Position numbers and translations under genes: made by a program. The notes beneath the pieces are model-generated. The model saw only the letters and a list, made by a program, of their open reading frames with translations, had not been told where the DNA came from and ran no database searches. Positions 53,691 through 64,000 of a stretch of 64,000 nt of DNA are shown here, piece by piece (position 1 is the first letter of the stretch; every line of letters begins with the position of its first letter). Source of the DNA: Botryllus schlosseri (Eukaryota); the NCBI GenBank assembly GCA_051294905.1, contig CM119376.1, forward strand, positions 992,001 through 1,056,000. The letters run 5' to 3'.

Positions 53691-55027
53691 ACCTCAAGCC
53701 ATAAGCAGTTGATTCGCTCAACACACACACACACACGACAATATATTTAAATGGATTTCAATCCTTGATTTGATATAGCTCACCAGAATCAGACGAACTT
53801 ACCCATGCATGCTGAGCAGAGGTCCTGGCTGTGTCGCAAGGATTTGACGAAACCTTTTTAACTGTGATGCAGTTTCAAGAGTTCAATCTTCCTTTGCCAC
53901 ATAGGCCTATACAGCATTTCCCCATTGCCACATCCTGACGATAGAGTTAACTTATCCATCATGAGAGAGTGGTCAACATCAAGTCGATTGATGTGATGAA
54001 TAGTCCTGTCTCTGTCTTGTATCTTCAAAAGTTTCAGTGGCCAGCAAATGACTTGGCTATATTTTACAGTTCCCTGCAACGGAGGTATCTTTCCAGTATA
54101 GTGGCATTTGATTGCCAGTCATTAACAAACATATTCATGCATCACTAGTAGCCTATCGGTATCTGTAAAGACAGATTGAATTTAAATGGTGCCTGGACTG
54201 TTATACAATTATGAAAACTTCTGACTACCGTGTATTGTATTGTACCACTTAACCACTACCATACTCCAAGGGTTTGTATTTTGCGTAAAAGTCTAAAATT
54301 CATCCTGACTGTTTGACTGAAATGCAACTTGCATACTGGTACTTAGAGGCTGCAGTTCTTGGTCATTTCACCCTATTAAACTATATAACTGTCTTCTAGG
54401 AAACCACGGGTAGGTATAGAATCATTAGGCTCGTTCGATACTCCTTTCCTTTCCTTTGTTCTCCATCATGTTCTACAATTAGGAACGTAGCATGGATGAA
54501 CTATAATTATCAAGTAACCTATTACATAAAATCCTGACAGACGAAGGCACTCTAAACTGGCGGCAGTTACTGTACTGTACACTGTGCAGCCTAGGACTTG
54601 GGCTTATTATGCAATTCTATAGCATCAGATCAGATCAGTCATTAAAAGCACAACGTAATCAATACTAAAATCATCCTGAAATGTAATTCTAAACATTCTG
54701 CTACATCCTGATATGCACTTACGCTTATCACTGTAGCAAAACATACTCGATACGCGGAGATATTCCGAATACCAGCGATATATCGTACAGGCATACCGAT
54801 ACCGGTAGTGCCGATAATAACCTGCAGCTGAAGCTACATAACCAATACTGCTAAAATGATCAACTACCTGAACATCACATGAGTCCTCTAGCTTTATAAA
54901 CGTTTATATATTGATATCATCTACCACCAATCACAAACTAGAAAGGCAATTCCGTTTCTCCAAGTCATGCACAGACAAAGCGCTGTCAGCAATCCTATCT
55001 GCAGTGAGTGCGCGAAAATGACCCTAC

Positions 55028-55342
55028 TTGTGTATGACCGCGATGACGCAATCGACGGAGTCAGCCATCCCGGAGTTCTATATATCCCTGGTTAAAGGCC
55101 ACAAAAATTTTCTTGGAAAAATCACAGGGGACCCAGATGCTGATGGGGATTTTGAAGTCAGCTTCATGAGGCGATCTCGTACTATCAAGGATGCGTTCCT
55201 GTTCCCAGATGAACCCGATGAGGCATCCATATCTGAGATGGATGTAATTTCGGTCCTGCCATCTCCAACCCTATTTGATAAAAGCAAACGGTTATGCAAT
55301 GTTTACAAATTTAGTATAAATCTTGCTCGCTATGGAATATAG
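55028..55342 (+). pseudogene. Probable C-terminal accessory exon of the pogo-like transposase
   Basis: G.ITG.PD.DGDFEVSFMRRS....FLFPDEPD...I...DVI..LPSP resembles C-terminal extensions of invertebrate pogo/DDE_1 transposases; lies just inside the right TIR. Confidence 0.5.
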
Positions 55343-57034
55343 CGCGGCAGAGCTGGAAAGAGGAAGGAGCACTCTTGCTTCCAAACAAACTTTGAATTCA
55401 GAACTTGTTGGCCTTGTTAGCCAACATCATTTCGTTGTTGAAGTTCTATTTTCATTCTGGTATAGCGTTCCTAAGCATACTGTAAGCTTCTCATGAAGCC
55501 TTGTTTATTCATTCATTCTTTTGTCGAACAAAAGAAATCGACATGCAGTTCTTTCCATTTAAAAAAAAGTTCGACAGCATAATACTATGCTAAATTATAC
55601 TCGAGAAAGGGTATTGTCAAATACAATGAAGACGCTAGAAAATGTAAGCGAATGCAGTGCTTTGTAGGCCTAAACGTTTTATATTGTGCGAACAGAAATA
55701 TGAAAGAAAAATTTTGCTCCATCGGTCCCATGTATGTGAGTCGAGGGTCCCACCGGGGTGTGACCGGATGCACATTTGAGTAGCCAACTTTGAACGCTTC
55801 TTAATATTCATTGATATAGCAGGGATCCTCGCGGTATGGTGGATTAAGTAGCACTAGGGCCCAAGTGTTGGAAAAACAAAAGATCGTAAGTCCAGTTGAA
55901 AACTGCTTGGATGTAGAGCACCAAGTCTGTTTTTCGATCCATCGGTACCACATCTCCCCTACGTCGCGATATTAATATTTATAATCATAATCTAAGTTTC
56001 AGCACAAATTGAACTCATACTGATATCAAAAACATAATTCCTCTCAGGCGACTTTGCACCCCCTCATACCTTCACGTAGGTTCCCGGGAACACCGGCAAA
56101 GAACCGCTGCTCCAGTCGGGTATGAAAGGTGGTGGAATCATTGGCTATTTATCTGTAATCCTGTTGTTATTTTGAAGTCTCATGATATTGGATGATATGA
56201 CTTCAAACGGGAATAATATATATAAGAAACGAAATGTGGGACATCTATCAAAAAGGGACAAATGCCAAACAGCAGATAGAATAGATTTTAATTACTATAG
56301 TCACCTTGAGAAGTATCACGATAGCAAGATATTAATGGGAGCCAAGCCTGACCCTGCGTCTCAGTAGAGACCTACGTCGATCTGAAATCGCATGTCTTTT
56401 GAAAAGTGTAAGTTTTTTGACCCGTGAGTTTAATCAGTATGGCCGACGATGTGAAGTAATTAGGCTTCTAAAGGTACAAAACTTCCATAACGTAAAATAC
56501 GGTCATATTGCAAAATTTATTCCAATCAAATCTTTGACTGACTCTCATCAGAAACAAACTTCAATAATTGCTGTTGATCAGATTCGAAATACAGAAAGAA
56601 TTTTGTCGTTGTGACAAATAAATAAATGACAAGTATAAAAACTATCGAACGGCATATAAACATTGTATGCATATTTAAAGGGCACAGTTACGGTATAACA
56701 GAAACAAATTCAGCTATAAAATAATCGAATTTCAACGCAGCACAAACGGAATATTCTCAGAGTTTCCGAGGTTCGCTCCTGCTAAGAGTAAGTTAGAGCT
56801 TATTTTGTTGAGATATTGAGGTAATTATCGGAGACTATATAATTATCGAATGCCACATTTGATAATATATTACAGTAGGGGCTCGTCTCATAGGCCAAAT
56901 GGAGTATTACACCCCTATAATTCTAATATGAAGAGACTCTTTGGGGTTCAGAACTTTAATATACATTTTAATATATTTCTGCAATGAATATATTATTAAA
57001 ATGTATATTAAAGTTCTGTACCCCAAAATATTTT

Positions 57035-57484
57035 AAAACCCGAAGCTTTTCGAGCTGACACTCTTCAAGGGCAATCGTCAGCAAATGGAGAATTTCAAAA
57101 ACATGTATCTAGCTAAATTGCATATAACCAATTATGACGTCATAGAAACAAACAACATGAAATACAGGCAAACCGCCAGCGCAGCTAGTGGCCAATATTC
57201 AGATTGACTAAATATTCCTTTTGCTGACACAAGCGCGGTCGGGGGATTTTATTATAAGTGGATTCCAGTGCAGACAGATGCTGGAAATTAGTGCGGCCTC
57301 AACCTAATATATAGAATTTTTCTTAGCGATAGTTTTTTAGCACAAGTTACATTCTCAGTCAAATGCTTTGTTTCTATGACGTCATAATTGGCTGGATGCT
57401 ATGTAGCTAGATGCATGTTTTTGAAATTCTCCATTTGCTGACGATTGCCCTTGAAGAGTGTCAGCTCGAAAAGATTCGGGTTTT
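57035..57484. mobile_element. Foldback MITE with ~117-bp inverted arms
   Basis: Arms 57035-57151 and 57368-57484 (CGAGCTGACACTCTTCAAGGGCAATCGTCAGCAAATGGAGAATTTCAAAAACATG and its reverse complement). Confidence 0.8.
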
Positions 57485-57773
57485 AATATATTTCTGCAAT
57501 GAATATATTATTAAAATGTAAATGCCAATATGCTATGACAATATTAACAATATAATGTATTCTTTATTGACGCTAAGCAATGTTGAAATAGCACAATTGT
57601 GGTATTTTCCGTGTTTTCGCTTGTAGATGCAAGGCAGACATTTCTTTTCACATCGATAGCTTCCGAAAATATAAATGATACGTCTGCATGTTATAAATGT
57701 GAGTTTCCAATGCAGACAAAAGCACCTAAGATGTCGGATATCATCAGGAATGTCTTCAACGAGCAATAATTTC

Positions 57774-60315
57774 TCAAAATGCAGATAGCTGATAATGGGG
57801 TTTTATGATGCCTTCTGCGATGTGTTTGTTCTCCAGGCGTTTTTCTTCAGTAACGTAGCCTTGAGTTGATATGCTGGCGGATGACAGTTGATAGGAAACT
57901 TCTGGAAATTCACCGTAGCTGAAAATAATCATTGGTACTTTGAGTTCATGCTGGACATTTGTATGATACGGCGAACTTCGATATGATCATATGACCACAC
58001 TATTCAGATCAGTTTTCCCAATCTTTGACTTTTGACCCCCCTTGAAAATGTTGAGAAATCAAACACCCCTATTGCTTTCAGTTTCTTGAAAAATGAAGAA
58101 CATTTATTTCAATTAAGATACTGGTTTATACAGTAACCAACCAGTAGTAATAATAGAAAATAAACGCACAATAAACAAGATAGTACATTATTTAGTTATG
58201 ACAAATACAATTATTGTGATGGTTGCTGTTATTTCTGTTCTAACGAAGTCTTATTCGCTGGTTTGGTCGGGGAAAGAGCGAGGGAGCCATTTTCCACAGC
58301 TTGGGAACCCCTGATTTACGTGTGTCAATAGCCATGCAGATTCAATCAGTTGAGGTGTCATCCCCATTCCATTACCATTGTAGATTAGTGTGAGCTCATA
58401 GCTCATACCAGATGAGGAAGGTTTATGTTCAAACGCGTTCTTATTTACCATATCAACATTGAAAAGTTGACAACCAGACCAATGTTCTCTCTAAGCTGCG
58501 CACGTGCGCAAATGCGCAGTGTCGAAGCGGTCTCTGCGCAGAGAAAATCTAAGTTGCGCACAAAAAATCCGAAGTGATGTTTTATTTTCAAGTCGTTGAG
58601 CACTGTTGTCCATGGGACCACGCAGGCGCGCAAACTCGTGAAAAATTAGAAGGAACATTGCCAGAGGCAAATAGTGTTATCGCTGAAGTCTTACACCGAG
58701 GAACAAGTGCGGCCCGCAAAGGTAAATATTGCGCTCCGCGAAGAAATGAGACTTTGCAATCACGAGCGCCTATCGAAAAATCTTTTCTTTTAGTATGGTC
58801 TCGTACGCGTGAGCGATACTGATATCATTTCAATAGCGCATTATTTTCTGGGAATGGCGAACTAACATGGTTTAACAAAGTTATAAATAACAACGGGCTC
58901 TCGAAGTTAATCTGCGAGAAACTTGCGCATAGTCTTCTCCGCGTGTCATGAACATTGCGTAAGATTTCCTCAGGACCGTAACCGCCGCACCAAAACCCTC
59001 AATTAGGGGGCCGAGATCGAAGGGATCCCAAAATTATTTTGTGAATTAACATAAATCATGGTGTATTTTTTGGGAATTTTTCAAAATATTTTTCGCGCCG
59101 CGCGCGAATTAATTTTGTCAAATATCCTAATTATTGGGCACCCTTCCCTTCCCACAACAACAAATACGCGTGATTTCGAGAAATGGGCACTTGGGCGTCG
59201 GTCATTAGGCCTACCTTGCCACGACGCACCAAGACATATGAAGTTATAGGCTATGTGACATGTGACTCCGAGAAGTGCGCCAAAACGATCAGCATAGCGA
59301 GAAAACCTTGGCCGAAAAGGACTGCCCTATATGCTGACCGAAAACTTCGATACATATACATATAAGTTTAATTGTCCATAGGCGCGTAAATGGCTGGCGC
59401 TGAATGTTCATGTGCTGGCGATCCGAGTCCCACAACAAGACAAATGCCATATCGAGGGAACATTATTTGCCAGTAGAGAAATACCAATTTTAAATCGTGT
59501 TCGTGTTTTAATTTAGTACGTTTGAGCGATTTCAATTTCATTTGACCTAGCCGATAGGACGTCACGAAATAACATCATGTAACGAAGTCATTATACCAGC
59601 GGGTGCGCGCGAAGATGTTTAATTAATATTTAGAGGACCTACCTTTTTTAACACAGCTCACTCGATCAGCTTTACCGGTAAATCTGATTATGTGAGCAGA
59701 GAGAGGATAAAATGGATATCAATAGATATATGCATTTATGCAATTCCCGATCATATTGACTGATTCAATCATGAATCATATAAAATTTTCGCGCTTCGCG
59801 CGTTCAGGCGAGGCAATCACCCAACCGGCCCCCGATGTAGATGATAAGTATCGGCCAAAGGTGGAAAGGCCGATAGGCTTATGTGGGGGGCTGGTTGCGC
59901 ACTATTGTCCAAGTGCCTGCACAGTGAGTTAACGTGTTTGCGCAGACTCGTGAAAAATTAGAGGGAACATTGAACCAGACCTACAAAACTACGCGATTAG
60001 GTATCATTTTATGCCTGTTGTACGTGGCCAAGGGCAGTGGTTTTTAATAATCGTGTAATTGCACACGCTTGAATTAAAAGCATTCATCTCACCGTATTCG
60101 TTGCCAGGTGTTGGGCGAAACGTCAAAGTTTTGTTCGGCTCTGTTCACCTGGCACGTAGACTTAGGTAGCACATTCGGCACCAAACAACGACGAAAACCA
60201 ATAAGATAAGTCCCATTACCAGTCCCACTACAATCCAGCCGACGCTGAAATGTAGCCGATGTCAAATATTGTACCGACAAAAAGTGTAATCCAGTGTCAA
60301 CAACCATTTCGCGAT

Positions 60316-60350
<35 letters not shown>

Positions 60351-60353
60351 TGC

Positions 60354-60396
<43 letters not shown>

Positions 60397-61166
60397 AACA
60401 CTAAGAAACACGCACCCAGACCTACCCACATACACACGAACAGCAGACAAACAGCGGGATCTTCAAAATGCTCAACTAGAACTAGCGCAACAACGTCTCA
60501 CTTTTCAAAACTCGCAAATAGAACTTGAAGTAGAATTAGAACTAAACTACATAGCTAACCCCTTAGTTAACTATAATCCAACTAACTAACTATATTCAAT
60601 TCCGAAGCAACATATTAATAGTTCATTTATCGGAATCGGATAGGCCACATGGCCTTCAGTACGACATAAAAGTGCGCGGAGTTACGACTCAAAAATCGAA
60701 CCTAGGGTTTCGCTACTGATAGGAGTGTCGACTCTGAGCTAGCAACAACATCACGCAACAGAACACCAGTGTCACGATTCACGCCAAACTGCGACGCGTG
60801 TTTTTCTAGTTGTTCGGCAACTAACCTTTTTTCGAATGCGCAACTACAACTTGAACTAGAACTATACTCAAAACCAAGTAGTTAGTTAACCGTCAACTAA
60901 CCAGACGAGTAGTTTGTATGAGTGTCTCAGGCACATACGCAGAGAAACACGGAAATACACATACACACAGAAAAGCTAGATATAGTAACGCAATAAAAAG
61001 GGTATGGGAAAGATTGTGTGTCCATACTCTATTTCAGACCCTGTCCCGCCAGTGGACGAATCTCCACCTCCAGCAGCTGCACCTCGATATCCGAAGCCTC
61101 CTCGGCCACCTCCTCGGGAGCTTCCTCCTCGGGAGCCTCCTCCCCGGCCTCCTTTTCCAGAGACAT
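57774..61166 (-). CDS. Partial host gene: small type I membrane protein (Gly/Arg-rich exon, TM exon, cytoplasmic exon)
   Basis: Phase-compatible GT-AG exons 61040-61166 (VSGKGGRGGGSRGG...), 60149-60244 (VGWIVVGLVMGLILLVFVVVWCRMC) and 57774-57918 (YGEFPEV...SAF*). 5' exon not identified. Confidence 0.5.
58480..59972. mobile_element. hAT-like non-autonomous element (family of 4084-4279), composite
   Basis: CAATGTTC left end, GAGGGAACATTG right end, 8-bp TSD AACCAGAC (58472-58479, 59973-59980); extra internal right end at 58660. Confidence 0.85.
60320..60391. repeat. (CT)n and (CA)n microsatellites
   Basis: Direct reading. Confidence 0.95.
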
Positions 61167-61509
61167 CTGAATTGTATAGATACAACACATTAGGAATTGT
61201 GCGAACTTTCATGCTCGGAATGGTAACTTTGGTAATTCAGAGGTTCGTGTCCGCAAAAGAACATGCATACAATCTACACCCGGAAGGTTTGCTGTATTCT
61301 TTGAACTACAACAAACTCCTATTCCTATAATTGGCTGCATTGAGGTGATAGCAATGAATGGGTTTTAACAGACAACTCAGATGAACATGAGGTCGTCTAA
61401 AATTCGAGTTATTTTCGAGAATTCTGCTCAAATATCACACAATTTGAGTTTGTAATAATGAATTAGCTCGTTTCCGTGACATCCGCGTGTTATCCAGGAT
61501 AGAGCCGAG

Positions 61510-61790
61510 AAGATAGCGCACTGGTGGACCGTCCGGGTTCTTGGTCGGTAGGTCGTGGTTCCGATCCCCGAACGGGTCTGATCAACGACCTGCTAATTAG
61601 TAAGACTGGTATCCATGGATTACTACTTGGCGTCGGGATGGCATGGAAAGGTGCTGCAATACTTGAAAAGCCGTACAGGTCATACACTCATGGTATGTAT
61701 ACGAGGAATGCATAGCTCGTGTGTATGAATATCACGAGTCGGTGTCCTACGCCGCGAAAACATCAGTGACAAAAATGCAACGTTCTTGTC
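61510..61790 (+). mobile_element. Diverged tRNA-derived SINE
   Basis: GGTAGGTCGTGGTTCCGATCCCC head and AAGACTGGTATCC body similar to 52200-52440. Confidence 0.6.
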
Positions 61791-64000
61791 TTGGTTCTAG
61801 GATACGATCTCATCTTACTGCGCAGTAGCAGAGTAAACTACGCCTGATATAACCGCATCATATACTTTGATGAAGTGATGCTAAATTCTTTTAGGCTCCG
61901 ATGATTCTTTGAGAAACGCAACAATACTACAGCTGTGAATTAGACGGAATATTTGTGAAAGGTCACTTTAAAATCGAGTTAACCAAACCTGAATGTTTTC
62001 CAGAGGTGATTGTTATCATAAAATGCCATTGAAGTATGAATGCGATAACCTTACCTGACACGTAGCTTGCGATGAGGAAGAGCATCAGTGTTACCGCTAT
62101 CGTGCTTGATTTAATTCGTAGATTTCCCATGTTTCACGGATGAGCTATATGAACAGTACTATTCTGCAATGGGTAATTGATTTATTTGACTATTCGTACC
62201 TCGGAAATGCATGATTTAAACTTCCAGAAAAAAGAGATGATATATGAGATGGGACACTCACAACGTTTCCAACTGTCGTCTGAATAAGTTTTACTCGACC
62301 TATGACAATATATCGCATTACTCCAACTCAATCGTGACCCAGTATAAGAAGTATTACACTCAAGTTTCTGAGAGTTTGTCGTGTAAAATAGCATGTTCTA
62401 TCAACTGCAACTCGGTGTAAGCATCGCATTTTCAGCGTGACATGATTATATACCTTATATACCGTCCATGCGTCGAGAAAAGCGTTGTATGCAAGGGGAA
62501 TTCTCGAACACGGAATCGTGACGCATTCGTAATAGATTATATTCGATGCGCAATAAGACTGCCTGCGGCGATGTTTCAGCTGAGATTTCAAATCAATCAT
62601 ATATCAAATCCTGGCCATGCAGTTGAATTTACTCGTAAAAGTTCGCAATCATAATGTGCACTTCTATTATTTTCATCCTTACAAAACACACAAATGTACA
62701 TTAAGATATACAAGTGAAAATGCGATATAATAAATGTATAGGAGGACGTCGAAACGACTAATTATCGTCTCTCATTACAACATCCGCTTCGTACTCAAAT
62801 GCCAGTTGTAACAATATCCATTCGATCTTGATCATACACTTCCCAACACTTTTCATTAGTTTTTCAATCGGGTCTCTCTATTGTGAATCCGCCGTAAACC
62901 GACATAGGGAGGAAGGGGCCCTGATAAAATTCTGGAAATTCGAAACGTATTGCTGACATTCGACCGGAGCCTCTAGCTTTACCGACCACGCAAACATAAT
63001 TATTGGTTCCTGGATTATTTTTTATAAAAACACGAGTCAGCAGTATAGTAGGACTTGGCACAATCATTCGAGTCGAGTATAGCGAAAGCACAGAAATTAC
63101 AATTACGATACTATCGTCTCACTGCGAAAGTCTTGAAATATCGATTGGTCATATCAAAGCATCCGTACATGTACTAAAAAGTTTCGCACGCTTGGAGAAA
63201 CGACGGTTCTTTGAAGCAATGACTCCGAGCCATAACATTATTTATGTTGTTTGTGGTATTCACAGTGTTTTTCGATTGTAACAGTCATTTACAGAATGAT
63301 GATATTCATATTTTTAATTCCGAAGCCAACATGTATAGCTCAGTCCCACTTCTATAGGCTATGTAAGACACTATTTGCGTCCGTCAGATGGCTAAGAGGA
63401 ATTATGGAGTCGACATTGATCAGACATTTGTTTTGAATCTGTGGCTAGATAGCGTACTGGATCATACCACGAGGTTACCTCGCCATTTCCATAACATTGT
63501 CTCAAAGCGCTAATACATTGGTGTGGTCGAAGAAAGACCACATAGTCTTCAATGTGTTTCTACCTTGCATCATTATTGTGGTCGCATAAGATGCGCCATG
63601 TGCATATTTCTATTGGTTCTGCTGAAACTCCGCTATCTCGGAAGAGCAATATACCAGTAGCTTTTAACCTCCGTGCTACCTCACCCGTGGAGCGATTCCG
63701 ATTTTGGAGAGGCGGCAATATTCAGTGGCGATGCTATAGATAGATCCCCAAAACCACCCCTGACCTGGGCACTCTTAGTAGTGACACTTTTGAGCTAGAA
63801 ATGGCTACAAGAACATCACACAATATAACAGCGGTATCACGATTTACGCCAAATTACGACACGTGTTTCCTATCTTTCCAATAACCAATTGCAACTGCGT
63901 AATTACAACTATTATCATTATTATTAATTGTGAAAGTAAGTCATTGTGGCGCTTATCACCTCGTGAGCCACGGCAAAAATATCGTAATACAAGTCGCAAA

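Larger units (their letters stand above)
49014..55959 (+). mobile_element. pogo/Tigger-like (Tc1/mariner superfamily) DNA transposon
   Basis: Perfect 24-bp TIR GGGGAGATGTGGTACCGATGGATC / GATCCATCGGTACCACATCTCCCC; TA TSD at 49012-49013 and 55960-55961; transposase inside. Confidence 0.93.

Noticed and set aside
61004-61330. Plus-strand proline-rich ORF
   Set aside because: It is the antisense of the Gly/Arg-rich minus-strand exon that splices in phase to a TM exon.
62182-63091. Possible further minus-strand host exons (KLECNTSYTG..., TRVFIKNNPG...)
   Set aside because: Plausible splice sites for one, but no recognisable domain; could not be linked to the gene model with confidence.
1-64000. 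CRISPR array, rRNA or prokaryotic operon
   Set aside because: No regularly spaced repeat-spacer array or rRNA-like sequence; the context (introns, SINEs, hAT/pogo elements, microsatellites) is eukaryotic.

Overview
Repeat-rich eukaryotic (probably marine invertebrate; the captured IAP looks ascidian-like, low confidence) genomic DNA carrying one ~40-kb inserted element at 8656-48634. The element is bounded by imperfect 23-bp GG...CC terminal inverted repeats (17/23 match) and a perfect 8-bp target-site duplication (GAATAATT), the signature of Merlin/IS1595-type DDE transposases, two of which it encodes. All of its ~20 genes are on the minus strand. Read along that strand they are: transposase 1, a class I env, an env-SU paralog with a mucin stalk, a 10-kb host-like spacer, accessory genes (E2 ubiquitin-conjugating enzyme, 3xBIR-RING IAP, LRR protein, second transposase, three families of unknown paralogs), then a tRNA-Ile primer-binding site, ORF0, gag and a -1 frameshifted pol. 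Pol has protease, RT and RNase H but no integrase; in its place is a Tpt1/KptA-like (RNA 2'-phosphotransferase, NAD-using ART fold) domain. I found no LTRs. The PBS is internal and an MLV-like polypurine tract sits near the opposite end, so the layout reads as a circularly permuted gag-pol-transposase-env genome. My inference is an enveloped, LTR-less, pararetrovirus-like reverse-transcribing element that integrates with a Merlin transposase; I do not recognise it as a described family. The flanks hold hAT MITEs with 8-bp TSDs, a pogo-like transposon with TA TSD, tRNA-derived SINEs, microsatellites, an N gap and exons of a small host membrane-protein gene.
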